Assembly (NCBI GenBank): GCA_951406725.2
Contig: OX597819.1
Span: 49,724,001-49,788,000, forward strand
Reading direction: 5' to 3'
Source of the DNA: Octopus vulgaris
Lineage: Eukaryota
DNA: 64,000 nt
Numbering within the stretch: the first letter of the stretch is position 1; every line of letters starts with the position of its first letter. The notes beneath the pieces are model-generated. The model made no database searches. It saw only the letters and a program-made list of their open reading frames with translations, and had not been told where the DNA came from. Positions 37,545 through 50,674 of the stretch are shown piece by piece. The position numbers and the translations under genes were made by a program.

Positions 37545-37747
37545 TAATAATTAAAGAAGGCAGCTATTTAGTAATGTATCACTAAAAAGGAAAACTATAA
37601 ATGTCATTAATCATGACACGGTGTTAGAACGCCGATAATGCTAGAAATAAGAGCTAAAGTGCTCTGATGCTGCAGTCAACGCACACAATTGTATACATAC
37701 ATACTGACAGTGACCGTAAACGACCGAAAGTGGCAATCGTGATATCT

Positions 37748-37805
37748 CTGGACCGTCGGCGCTTTCTGCTTTAAGAACAAAGTATTCATCAGCAGGGCCG
37801 TCCAG
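37748..37805 (-). ncRNA. Hammerhead-like motif
   Basis: Minus: CTGGAC..CTG-CTGATGA-A-TACTTT-gttctt-AAAGCA-GAAA-GCGC..GTCCAG; cleavage triplet apparently mutated. Confidence 0.4.
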
Positions 37806-38623
37806 TTTCCGAGGAAGATCGCCAGTGGTGTATACGTCTATTCCATAGAAATCTATGGATAATTTAGCGAATCGCTTATATATATATACACAAATAATGA
37901 AACTAGGTAGCTGTTTAGCAATGTATCGCGAAAAAGGAAAACTATAATTGCCATGGTGCAGGGATATCACACCCGCTAACTTACGAGGACGTAAACACAC
38001 CAACACCGCTTGTCAAATTCTACTGATGTCGACTTTACCCTTCATCCTTTCGGAGTCGATAAAATAAGCACCAATTGAAATGGGGTCGATACAATCGAAT
38101 ATGTCCCCTCTACCAATTTTCAGGCCTTGTAGCTATAGTAAAAAGAATTATTATCATTATTATTTAAAAGCTATTTCATGCTAATTTAATTATCAGGTGT
38201 TTTAGCCTGAGATTTATTCAGAACAAGTTTCCTCAAATCTCAAGAAACTTTCTTAGAATTCTTGTAGAATGCATGATGGCACCTTTCTGTAAATCGACAA
38301 TACGTGATTCAATTCCAACATTCTTCAGCCTTCAAGATAGCAGTTTGGATGTTGTACCGAGTGCACTAACCACTACAATTGCCTAACACACAACTTGTTC
38401 CAGCTTTCTAAGTTCTGAGATCAAATCCTGCCGAGGTCAGCTTTGCTCTTCATTCTTTCAGCTTCGATAAAATATATGCCAGTCTAGTGCTTTCATTGAT
38501 GGTATTGACTAACAACCCGTCCCTTATATTTCAGGCCTTGTGCTTATTCTAGCAATAGTTATCTTTAATTTCACTCATTAGATAGCGACCATGCAGGGGT
38601 ACTCTTTCAAAGGGTTTAGAGAG

Positions 38624-38994
38624 CAGTGGTTCTCAACAGGGGTCCATATCGCCTCTGAGGGTCTATATGACGCTTTAGGATACATATAAGATTTTGGAGG
38701 ACCCACGTAACAAAATAGTAAATTGGCAATTCACGATAGTATTTTAAGGGCCTCTGAAAAAAATTTGCTTTAGGTGTATGTATTGGTGTATATTGTAAGA
38801 AAGAGCTAGGTTTCTTTTTCTAATATTTTACATTGTTCAACTTACACAAGTTAAGATGTGAGAAACAAGATAGGAATTTTGAAAGAAGTATATATGCAAC
38901 TAGTTTTTCAACATCGAATGGCTATGGGGTCTACCAGAGTAAAATAATAATCAGAGGGGGTCCATAGATTTTAAAAAATGGTTGAAAACCTCTG
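38624..38994. mobile_element. hAT (Charlie-like) MITE inserted in a family-B SINE tail
   Basis: TIRs CAGTGGTTCTCAAC / GTTGAAAACCTCTG; 8-bp GTTTAGAG at 38614-38621 (followed by an extra AG) and 38995-39002. Confidence 0.8.
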
Positions 38995-39456
38995 GTTTAG
39001 AGGAACAAATTGACCCAAGATTTATTTTTTTATAAAATCTGGTTCTTTATCGGTGACTTTTCGCGAACTGCTAAGTTATGGAAACATAAACAAACCAACA
39101 CAAATTGTCAGGCAGATCAGGTGAGCTGTTGTAGCGCATCGCCGCATCTACCTTTTGTTGAAGACTCCGTATTCTTGGTGGATGATACTTTTGCACCCCT
39201 CAGGTAATCTTTCAACGCAACTTAGCTTTCCACCCAACTTAGCTGGGTCTGTTTGTGGAGTCGTTGCTGGTAAGGCATTTACGGGGTTCGAGTGCAGATC
39301 CTACCTTAACGTTAAGTCGCGTTTTACGACACACAGAAAAAAAAAGTTAGGTCTGTCCTTTGCAGCATGCCGATCTCCACACAGCATGGTCGAGGAACGA
39401 ACTCAAACACACACACACGCACGCAGACACATGATGGGCTTCAATACAGTTTCCAT

Positions 39457-39924
39457 TCACCAAATTCATTCACAAGATATTGGTGGGTCCGGGGCTAAGT
39501 AGAAGACACTTGCTCAAGGTGTCGCACAATGTGACTTAAATCGAAATCTCGTAGTATGCCTATACCTAAGCCTTATTGATATCCTCCTCTTCCTCATTAT
39601 TTCTTCTATTAGCCAAAAGGGTCAAAAACATTTGGGATGGCGCAACAATAGCACAAAAATGCCATGAAAATGGCTTCATAGTGCTTGTTCACCAAATTCA
39701 TTCACAAGACATTGGTCGGTCCGGGGCTAAGTAGAAGACACTCGCTCAAGATGTCGCACAATGTGACTGAAAGCGAAACCTTGCAGTATGCCTATACCTA
39801 AACCTTATTGATATCCTCCTCCTCCTCTTCCTCATTATGTCTTTTATTAACCAAAAGGGTCAAACAAATTTGGGACGGCACAACAATAGCACAACGATGC
39901 CATGAAAATGACGTCATAGTGCTT
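39457..39924. repeat. ~231-bp tandem duplication containing a SINE-B head plus flank
   Basis: 39457-39686 matches 39688-39924. Confidence 0.85.
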
Positions 39925-40142
39925 TTATTCAGTCTAAAGTCCAACCTTATCGATTATAGATCATAGATGTTCCCACAATAATCATACCGGTTTTTAAAAA
40001 AATCTTTTGCCGTTTTATTGTTGTCTATTTCCTGTTCCTTATTAAGATAGCCTTTTTCAAAATCTCTCTTAGTCTTTGTGCCTCTCTTCTTCACTCATAC
40101 TCTCTAACATTCCTTTACCCTGTTTAATCAGTCAACCAACTA

Positions 40143-40206
<64 letters not shown>

Positions 40207-40967
40207 GTCTATCTATCTATCAATGAAGTCTATTTATTTATTTATTCATCTATTTATTTAACTTTCCGCCATTATATCAAACATGGAAGTGGGGGAAGAT
40301 AAGTAAAAACAAAAACAAGAAACAGGAAGGAACGAAACAATATTTTCAAAGAAGAAAATGAAAAAAAAAAAATAATAAAAAATACAAAATTAAAAAAAAA
40401 CAACAGAAGGACAAAAAAAAAAGACAATAAAATGAAGGAAAATGATAATAAAAATAATAATAATAATGAATAACAGAAACGAAGAAAAGAACAAAGGAAC
40501 CAAAATGTATTCTCACTTCTCGATCGATCTTTCTTTTACATATTCTTGATTATCTTTCTTTTACTATCTTCGACCAATAGATAAAAGACTATTCTATGAC
40601 AGTGAATTTGTCGTCTGAATGTTGCTTAATGAGATCTGACAGGCGGACGTTCTTCTTAATATCTTTCCCTATCAATTTTTCTTTCTTTTTCTTCACATTT
40701 TCTTGTATTTTTTTTCTTTAGGTTTTGATTGTTATTTCGTTCTTATTTCTTTTTCTTCATTTTCGTTTCTTTTCTTGCAGTGAATTTTTTATATTTCTTT
40801 TTCTTTTAGCTTTTTCGTGTCTCTTATTTATTTCTCTCTTTTTTGCTTTTTTTTTTTTTTTGCCTACTGAACTAACGGTTGAAAGACAATCAGTCGTTTT
40901 GTATTCATCCCTACCGCACCGTCATACCACCGCTCCACACCTTGTCATTGCCTACTTGTTGATTAGC

Positions 40968-41117
40968 ATATACATACATACACATGTACGTATATACATG
41001 TGTGTATACGTGAGTATATACATTGTAGGTATGTTGGCACGTGTTTATGTGTGTGTGTGAATATATGTGCATACATACATACATACATACATGCATACAT
41101 ACATGCATACAAACATG

Positions 41118-41167
<50 letters not shown>

Positions 41168-41187
41168 CATACATATACATATATACG

Positions 41188-41221
<34 letters not shown>

Positions 41222-41300
41222 TTACATATTTCTATATAGGCATTTGTACGTATATATTTATATGTACACATACACACTCACACATATTCGCCACCCTCCG

Positions 41301-41334
<34 letters not shown>

Positions 41335-41348
41335 TGTATGTATGTATG

Positions 41349-41379
<31 letters not shown>

Positions 41380-41409
41380 GTATATGTGTATGTATGTGTG
41401 TATATATAC

Positions 41410-41456
<47 letters not shown>

Positions 41457-41755
41457 TGTGTGTGTGTGAGTGTGTGTGTGTGTGTGTATGTATGTGTATT
41501 TATGCATGTATGAATGTATATATATATATATAATACGTTTGTATTTGCATATATGGATACATATACATATGTATAATTATATATTTTTACATACATCTAT
41601 ATACATACATATATATATATACACACACATACACACATGCACTCACATATACTTACATATATATGATATATATACATACGTATATACTTACATATATATA
41701 CATATACGTATTTAGATACCTGTGTATATATACGTACACACACACGTACACACAC

Positions 41756-41829
<74 letters not shown>

Positions 41830-42120
41830 AGTACCTCTGTATAACTGTATATATATGTATGTACACGTCAATGTCTGAGCGTATATATGTATTTTGCTAA
41901 CATAGATCTGCTCATGTGTGACTGTGTATGTGTATGAATGTATGTGTATGTGTGTGTATGTGTGTGTATGTGTATGTGCGTAATGCTCTTTCTCCAGTTC
42001 ATTACTACCAACATAACGTGTGATATATATATATGTGTGTGTGTGTGTGTGTATGTATATGTATTTTTATATATATGTATATATATATATATTTGTATAT
42101 ATGTATATATATATATATGA
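40968..42120. repeat. Compound (TA)/(TG)/(TATG) microsatellite field
   Basis: Direct reading. Confidence 0.9.
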
Positions 42121-42758
42121 ATGTGTGCATGTTTGTATGTATAAGCGTGTCTTTATATCTATCTTTATTCTTTATCTATCTTTAACTCTGTCTATCACAA
42201 TCTTCCCACCTCTTTTATTCTTTCTTTATTTCTTTCTTTCTTTTTTGTTTTTTGTTACCTTTTTATCGACGCCATCATTTATTCTCTATTCACTCATCAC
42301 AAAACCAGATCTGTGATCCATTCTCTTGTAGCCTGGTTGGTTTAAAACATCCAACTCATTGTTTTATTGCAATCAAGTAAATTTTCTCTATTCACAAAGA
42401 TATTCTTACCTAATCTAATGGCTGAGTAATAATATAAGACAGTTTGCTTCCTGCTCTAACTAGAACCAACATTCCGAATATAGATAGACGAAGACGAAGA
42501 TGATGAAGAGCAGGTGGAGGAGGAAGAGGGGGGGGAGACTGGTGTCGACCAAATTAACGACAACGACGACAATGATATGCATGATAATAAAAATGATGAT
42601 TATCCTCACTTGCCTTCATCTTCGTCTTCTTTCATCACCGTAATCATCGTCGTCATCGTCGTCGTCGTCTGCGCTGCCGCCGTCGCCTCCGCCATCACTA
42701 CCACCTTATCTGTCTTACAGTATTGTCATCATAACGTACATTGCGTTTGTTTCTTCTA

Positions 42759-42780
42759 TATAGTAGTAGTAGTAGTAGTG

Positions 42781-42823
<43 letters not shown>

Positions 42824-42856
42824 CAGCAGCAGTAGTAGTAGCAGCAGCAGCAGCAA

Positions 42857-42907
<51 letters not shown>

Positions 42908-42952
42908 CAGCAGCAGCAGCAGCAGTAGTAGTAGCAGCAGCAGCAGTAGTAG
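42759..42952. repeat. (TAG)n/(CAG)n compound trinucleotide repeat
   Basis: Direct reading. Confidence 0.95.
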
Positions 42953-43426
42953 TTGCTGTTGTCGTTGTTCAGTTTTTGGTTAGCTCTAACTGAGCAGACC
43001 AATGATGAAAAAAAGCTTCCAGCCGTGAGTATCTCGTCTTTTTCCTACACATTGACAACCCAGAACCACATTATATCCAATTATTCATTTTAAGGACGTG
43101 GTATATGATTTGAGGGAGATTTGGCTAATCTTTCTAGCCAGCTTCCTTTGTTAGCTTATTCTATGGTATGATATAATAAAATATGTCTCAAAGAATCACA
43201 TAGTTGCTGTTGTTGCTGCTGCTGCTGTTTCTGTTGTTGTTGTTATTGTTATTGCTGTGGGTGGTGGAGTAGTGTTGGTAGTGGTGGTGGTGGTGAAGAT
43301 TGTAGTTGTTTAGCCCAAGGTCAACCCAAATCAGGCAGACTTATGGTCAAATGCTAACCTGTGATGTCCATTTTATCTCTTGTTTTATCAAACATACTCC
43401 ATTAAGGAATATAGTATTACATTGTA

Positions 43427-43486
<60 letters not shown>

Positions 43487-43489
43487 TAA

Positions 43490-43723
43490 AGACCAAGGCG
43501 GTGAGCTGGCAGAGCCGTTAGCACACTGGACAAATGTTTAGCGGTATTTCGCCCGTCGCTACGTTCTGAGTCCAAATTCCGCCGAGGTCGACTTTGCTTT
43601 CATCCTTTCGGGGTCGATAAATTAAGTACCAGTTGCGTACTGGGGTCGATCTAATCGACTGGCCACCTCCCACCAAATTTTAAGCCTTGTGCCTATTGTA
43701 GAAAGGATTACATTGTCTGTTTG

Positions 43724-43792
<69 letters not shown>

Positions 43793-44013
43793 TAATGACC
43801 AAGGCGGCGAACTGGCAGTGTCGTTAGCACGCTGGACGAAATGCTGAGCGGTATTTCGCCCGTCACTACGTTCTGAGTTCAAATTCCGCCAATGTCGATT
43901 TTGCCTTTCATCCTTTCGGGGTCGTTAAATTAAGTACCAGTGAAACATTGGGGTCCATCTAATCGACTTATCCACTCCTCCAAAATGGCTGCCCTTGTGG
44001 CAAAATTTGAAAC

Positions 44014-44044
<31 letters not shown>

Positions 44045-44606
44045 TAAAGACCAAAGCAGCGAGTTGGCACAGTCGTTAGCACGCCGGACAAAATGCTTAG
44101 CAGTATTTCGCCTATCTTTATGGTCTGAGTTCAAATTCCGCCGAGGTCAGCTTTACCTTTCATCCTTTCGATAAATTAAGTACCAGTGAAATACTGAGGT
44201 CGATGTAATCGACTTAATCACTTCCCCCAAATTTCAGACCTTGTGTCTACAGTAGAAAGGATTATTATTATTATCATTTAAATACCAAGGCAACGAGCTG
44301 GCAAAACACACCGGGCGAAGTGCTTAGCGGTATTTCGTCTGCGTTACGTTCTGAGTTCAAATTCCGCCGACGTCGACTTTGCCTTTCATCCTTTCGGGGT
44401 CGATTAAATAAGTACCAGTTACGCACTAGTGTCGATATAATCGACTTAATCCATTTGTCTGTCCTTGTTTGTTCCCTCTGTGTTTAGCCCCTTGTGGGTA
44501 GTAAAGAAATAGGTATTTCGCCTGTCGCTATGTTCTGAGTTCAAATTCCGCCGAGGTGGACTTTGCCTTTCATCCTTTCAGAGTCGATAAATTAAGTACC
44601 AGTGAA
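43490..44606 (+). mobile_element. Array of five family-A SINE units, mostly separated by (TTA)n
   Basis: Heads ACCAAGGC(G/A)-like at ~43492, ~43798, ~44050, ~44284; head-less unit from ~44512. Confidence 0.9.
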
Positions 44607-44608
44607 AC

Positions 44609-44669
<61 letters not shown>

Positions 44670-44689
44670 TGTGTGTATACATTTATGCA

Positions 44690-44872
44690 ACGGGCTTCTT
44701 TCAGTTTCCCTCTACCAAATCCACTCACAAGGCTTTGGTCGGCCCGAGGCTATAGTAGAAAACACTTGCCCAAGGTGCCACGCAGTGGGACTGAACCCGG
44801 TACCATGTGGTTGGTAAGCAAACTACTTACCAAACAGCCACTCCTGCGCCTACTTACCACACAGCCACTCTT
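44690..44872 (-). mobile_element. Family-B SINE head and core (near consensus)
   Basis: CGGGCTTCTTTCAGTTTCC..CAGCCACTCCTGCGCCTA. Confidence 0.9.
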
Positions 44873-45043
44873 GACATCATATACATATATGCATAGAAAT
44901 AGTTTCATAAACGAACATTTGCATACACAAATACATATAGATGCAAATAGTCGATTCCATGTGTTTGCATACATGTCTGTGTGTGTGTGTGTGTGCGTGA
45001 GAGAGAGAGAGAGAGAGTGTGTGTGTGTATGTGTGTGTGTATA

Positions 45044-45079
<36 letters not shown>

Positions 45080-45154
45080 ATGAATATATATATGTATGCA
45101 TGTATGTATCTGTAGATATGCATGTATTTATGTATGTATATATATATGTGTATG

Positions 45155-45185
<31 letters not shown>

Positions 45186-45255
45186 TTATAAAAGAACATA
45201 TGCACACACATATATAGGCAAAAAGAAAGAAAGAAAGATAGAAAGAAAGAAAGGT

Positions 45256-45286
<31 letters not shown>

Positions 45287-45846
45287 AAAAAAGAAAGAAA
45301 GAAAGAAAAAAGAGATAAAGAGTGTGAGAAGGAGAGACACAGATCTATTCATGTCTCGTTGTTGTTTTTATAATAACAGCCTTCCATCTGCTAAGATAAA
45401 AAAAAGAAAAGAAAATGAAGAAACGTTACTTGTAAGTCTTCTCTTGAAGAACAAAAAAGTACGTTGTTGACATCTGCAACCACCATTGTGAGAGTACAAA
45501 AGCCTGAAAACGGCGAAAATCCACACACTATAGCTTAAACAAAAGATGCACCAACTTCACGTTTGCAATACTTCAGCTGCACTTCCGCTGCACTTCTAAG
45601 GGTGTTACAATTTCAAAATTTCTTTCACTAGCCTATGTCACTTATTTATTGTTGTTCTGCATTTTGCTGTACATCTTTTCTTTCTTCTTTTCTTTTTGTT
45701 CATTTTTATGCTTTTTTAAAAATATTAAAATTTTTTTCCTTTTTCCTTTCCTTTTCTTTTTTCTTTTCCTTCATTGTTAACATCCGTATTTGAGATTTCA
45801 GTACGTATACATGCGCTGTGGCATATATCCGTGTTTGAGTTCACGT

Positions 45847-45990
45847 ACCAGCAGGAGCAACCTGCTGTACCAGCACCAGCACCAGCAGCAGCAACCTGCT
45901 GTACCAGCACCAGCACCAGCAGCAGCAACCTGCTGTACCAGCACCAGCACCAGCAGCAGCACCAGCAGCAGCACCAACAGCAACATCAGC
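45847..45990. repeat. 34-bp CAG/CAC-rich minisatellite (3 units) decaying into a CAG/CAC repeat
   Basis: AACCTGCTGTACCAGCACCAGCACCAGCAGCAGC repeated. Confidence 0.85.
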
Positions 45991-46235
45991 AAACAAAAGC
46001 AGTAACAATAGCAACAACAACAACAACAACAACAGCAATAATAACGGCTTACAACCGACAGCAACAAGAACAACCACAAGAATAGGAACAGTGATAAAAT
46101 ACAATATCAGCAAAACAGGAGCCTCTGCGTGCATAGTCGCTCGACCTGCTGAAAATATCAGCCACGTCTTATTCTATACATCCTAGCGTCTTAAAAATGG
46201 AAGTACACATTAGAAAATGTAGTAATATAAATAAT

Positions 46236-46435
46236 ATAGGAGTGGCTGTGTGGTAAGTAGCTTGCTTACAAACCACATGGTTCTGGGTTCAGTCCCACTG
46301 CGTGGCACCTTGGGCAAGTGTCTTCTACTATAGCTTCGGGCCAACCAAAGCCTTGAGTGGATTTGGTAGACGGAAACTATATACATGTAATATTTGTGTG
46401 TTTACGCTTGTGTTTGTCCCTGCACCATCGCTTGT
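46236..46435 (+). mobile_element. Family-B SINE
   Basis: GGAGTGGCTGTGTGGTAAG..CACCTTGGGCAAGTGTCTTCTACTATAGC. Confidence 0.85.
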
Positions 46436-46512
46436 ATATATATATATATATATATATATAACTCGTTTGTTTTCGTACTTCATGTTGTTTACACAGTTGG
46501 TGACATCCTGTA

Positions 46513-46566
<54 letters not shown>

Positions 46567-46700
46567 TACTGTTGCTACCATTAGAACACAAGGTAACAAA
46601 AAAGCGGTTCCTTTTGATACCAGCAAGAAACAATAATGGACTTCTTCACTACACTCAACAGTAATATAGCGATTATACCAACTACCGACAAAACACCACC

Positions 46701-47066
46701 ACATGGATTCTATTGAGAACAGTAAGAAACGATTATGAACTTTTCTATTGCACTTTTTATAATATATTTGATAAGGTTCGTTTTTTCAAGAACATGGATT
46801 CTATTGAGACCAGTAAGAAACGATTATGAACTTTTCCATTGCACTTTTTATAATATATTTGATAAGGTTCGTTTTTTCAAGAACATGGATTCTATTGAGA
46901 ACAGTAAGAAACGATTATGAACTTTTCTATTGCACTTTTTATAATATATTTGATAAGGTTCGTTTTTTCAAGAACATGGATTCTATTGAGACCAGTAAGA
47001 AACGATTATGAACTTTTCCATTGCACTTTTTATAATATTTTTGATAAGGTTCGTTTTTTCAAGAAC
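46701..47066 (+). repeat. 91-bp tandem repeat x4 with 182-bp higher-order alternation
   Basis: Units start at 46701, 46792, 46883, 46974; variants GAGAACAG/TTCTATT alternate with GAGACCAG/TTCCATT. Confidence 0.92.
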
Positions 47067-47081
47067 CGAAACATGTAAAAT
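47037..47081 (+). ncRNA. Minimal type I hammerhead motif with U3-A8 core
   Basis: ATTT-TTGATAA-GGTTC-gttttttcaa-GAACC-GAAAC-AT-GTA-AAAT: 5-bp stem II, palindromic ACATGT stem III, GUA site. Confidence 0.6.
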
Positions 47082-47134
47082 TCACAAGAAAATTAAAATT
47101 TATCTAATATAGTGGCGTTTTTAAACTTCTTTTT

Positions 47135-47222
<88 letters not shown>

Positions 47223-47292
47223 TGTATGTATGTATGTATGTATGTATGTATGTATGTATGGATGGATGGATGGATGGATGGATGGATGGATG

Positions 47293-47323
<31 letters not shown>

Positions 47324-48205
47324 CATTTATATTATTATTTAATCGAACGCCACGCATCCATTTCCAAGTAAGTTTATCTCAACCTTTTTCATGCGACTCT
47401 ATATTTTCTCCCCCATACTTCCCTAATTCCCTTTTTTCCCCTCTACCGTTTTCTATCTGTCTCTCTATCTCTCTCCCCTCTTTCTCTTTTTCCTTCTCTC
47501 GTTGCTCACGTGTGACTATCGTCCATCTTTCTGATTGTCATTCTTTTCCTGGACGACGTTCTAAGGACAGGACGTCTTCTATCACTCTCTTCTTATCTTT
47601 TCTCTTTTCGAAGAAAATATTTCTCCCAGCCTTCACTATTTTCCTCTCGGTCTAGTCTAACGGCCTTTCATGTTTGTTTTCGTTCGGTTTCCATGTATGT
47701 TTCCACTGTCCTGTTTTTGTCCCCCACTTTGAGTTTCCATAAATCCAAAATTTTATTTTGGAATTTATAGGAGTAACTGTCCTCGAAGACTTATATTATC
47801 GTTCAATGCTCGAAATGATGAGTAGATTGACAGCCGACAACTGATGAAAGGTCGTTCTTTGTGTTACCTGTCCTGTTTTCCATGTTTTCCTCTCGTTGCT
47901 TGCATATTTAACTCGTTTGTTTTCGTACTTCATGTTGTTTACACAGTTGGTTACGTCCTGTACCCATATATGCATATATATATATATATTTATATATATA
48001 TATATATTTAAAAAAGGAAATGTGGAACACGAGTTGTGATATATCAGATAAGAGAAAAAATCTATCAGAAAGGAACTCTATCTCTCTTAAAAAAATATCT
48101 TTTGATAAGCATAACAAATGCGCAACCGGTAAAAAGAACTTTCACCTAACTAAATACACTCTCCCTTACTTAAATTATTTTGTCAGCATTTTCTTCATTT
48201 CCTTT

Positions 48206-48266
<61 letters not shown>

Positions 48267-48352
48267 ATAAATAAGAATAAGATTGTTATTTAGATATCGA
48301 TCTTATCAGGTGGCCAGCATGGGAATAAAAACCTTCAAAGGTAATAAATTAT

Positions 48353-48503
48353 TATTAAAATTATAATTTAGGGTATCTAAGAGATACCACCACGTTGGAA
48401 ATAGCAGTCAAAACCACATTAAATGTGGTTTTTAGAGTCAAGTTTTGGCTGCTATTTCCAGCGTGGTGGTATCTCTTAGATACCCTAAATTATAATTTTA
48501 ATA
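48353..48503. repeat. Near-perfect inverted repeat with ~62-bp arms
   Basis: 48353-48414 versus 48442-48503, two mismatches; internal AAAACCACATT/AATGTGGTTTT hairpin. Confidence 0.9.
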
Positions 48504-49434
48504 TATATATTTTCATGATGCTTCATGTTTAGGTGCTTTTATTAAATTCATTCAGTTGTTAAGCGTAAATAAATATTGGAATTAAATGGTTTTGATTTAC
48601 TGTCAGCTGACTTTTGGCCAACCATTATGTGTCTGTATGTGTGTGCGTGTGTGTGTGTGCATGTGTGTGTGTGCGTGTGTGTGTGCGTGTGTGTGTGTGT
48701 GTGTCCAATCACCTAATTTCAACTCTTGCAAAGAAAGACTTAGTGGAATTTGTGTGAACCTTTACCTGTCTTAGAAAATAAATATGTGAAAATAGAAAAG
48801 TACAATAGCAGACATGTGAAATAGAAGAAATGGAACGAGGGAAATAAGAGATGGACAGAGGAACAACGTAAAAATTTACCACAGGTGCACAAAAGTGATG
48901 GGGAAAATGTGAACATGCGCGCGTGCATGCACGCACACAAAATAATAAGAAAAGTTGCGCACAGTGAATAGTACGCAGAAAAAGGAAAAGAGATAGACAA
49001 ACATTTCGGGCGAACTATTTATCACAATAGAGTAAGAAGCAAAATAAAAGAAACGAGAATAGGAACACTACCTCTTTGAAGCACGTGGGTATCCTTCTGC
49101 TACATGTTGTACAATACAAGATAGACAGATGATTCGATAGCATTCTCCATAACTAAATTGACAATAGTTTACTGATAGTCGACATCACAATACCAGATAA
49201 CTATAATATTGTGTAAAGATTAAGGAATTACATTCAACTTAGCTGCTAAGAGAGAAGCATTTCAACAATTAAGAGCTGTGTCATCCAGTTTGTAGCTATT
49301 ACAACTGGATTGATATACATCCAAGATTTTGCAAAACATTGGCAAATTACCAGTAAAGTATATCGAATACCCTGTGCCAACAATTGCTGAATCTAGTGTT
49401 GTTGGTAATGATGTTGTTGGGATTTGCTGGTGTA

Positions 49435-49630
49435 GATATAAGACTTTTAATAGAAATACGATTAAAGTAAGCTACTCTTATTGTAAATATTTTTGCAAAC
49501 TATTATCTATTTTGATTCTAGAAACCTTTCCAACAAGAGAAATACAATCTATTACTCTACATGTAATCCATCACACCAAGCAGTTTCCACCTTTACGGTA
49601 AATGTCCTTTGAAAACCCTAATCTATTGAA
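49435..49630 (+). mobile_element. Penelope-like element ORF fragment (RT-EN linker)
   Basis: YKTFNRNTIKVSYSYC matches the recalled PLE motif KIFNRNTVKVSYSCM; downstream LYGKCPLKTLIY resembles the Cys motif preceding GIY-YIG. Confidence 0.6.
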
Positions 49631-50438
49631 AAGTTCAACCCGTCAGGAATTTTATTAGCCTGAAAGTTCATTTTGCAGTTTTTTTCATCAACATATTTAC
49701 GTAAAAATCATGACACTCCACCCCAACCCCATTTAATTAAAAAAAATTTTTTTTTAAACAATACACAGACACACATACATGCGTGTATGTCAAGCAATGT
49801 ATGTGCACGGAGAGGCCTTGCACACAACAAATTCCACTGTCTGAACAACGATGACAGATTCGCCAAAAAGAAATAGTCAACATCATTAGTTGTCATCGAG
49901 TCGTAGGTTTTACATAAGAATTTTCCTTCTGCTAGACTAATATCCTACAAGGACAGGGATCACTCACTCCCAGTAAGGTGGGTACACCATACCAATGTTC
50001 TCATTCCCATTGTTCTCTGCTAAGTGAACCTGTGGCGCCTGGCCATTTTTGAAAATGTACCAATCCTCTGCGCAGTCAGTGTGTTTTCTGCACCAAAGTC
50101 ACCAGTTTGTTGATGATTGCTGCAAAAGCTACGGCTGTTCATAAGAAATAACAGGTCCAAGTTTGTGTACACAGTATTAGATGACCGATGACGTTTAATG
50201 AGTTCATCCATCCTTTGACAAATTTTTCATTTCCATTCTGCAGGATGACCAATCACCCTCTTTGCTAAGCAAGCTTAATGAAGTTGCCAATTTAGTCGAC
50301 CATGCAGCAAGTTGTACTGGATTACATGTTACCAGTAGCGCTCACAAAGCGGCACTCAGTGTAGCAAACGTTTGACTTGAGACCAAAATAATACATACAT
50401 ACACACATAAAGACATACATACAGACAGATATATTCAT

Positions 50439-50674
50439 AAAGGCGGCGAGCTGGCAGAACGTTAGCACGCCGGGCGAAATGCTTAGCAGTATTTCGTCTG
50501 CCGTTACGTTGTGAGTTCAAATTCCGCCGAGGTCGACTTTACCTTTCATCCTTTCGGGGTCGATAAATTAAGTACCAGTTACGCACTGGAGTCGATGTAA
50601 TCGACTTAATACCTATGTCTGTCCTTGTTTGTCCCCTCTACGTTTAGCCCCTAATGGGTAATAAAGAAATAAAG
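50439..50674 (+). mobile_element. Family-A tRNA-SINE, full length
   Basis: Near-consensus copy; ATTCAT on both flanks. Confidence 0.92.

Noticed and set aside
45774-46085. PolyQ/His-like ORF resembling a transcription-factor exon
   Set aside because: The repeat period is 34 bp (frame-shifting) and there is no domain or convincing splice context.
46701-47066. CRISPR-like array
   Set aside because: Units are contiguous near-identical repeats without unique spacers; eukaryotic context.
49070-49260. Possible RLE-domain fragment (LLIVDITIPD)
   Set aside because: Too short and degenerate to call.
49905-50390. Possible minus-strand RTE 3' remnant
   Set aside because: Only weak motif resemblance; no diagnostic residues intact.
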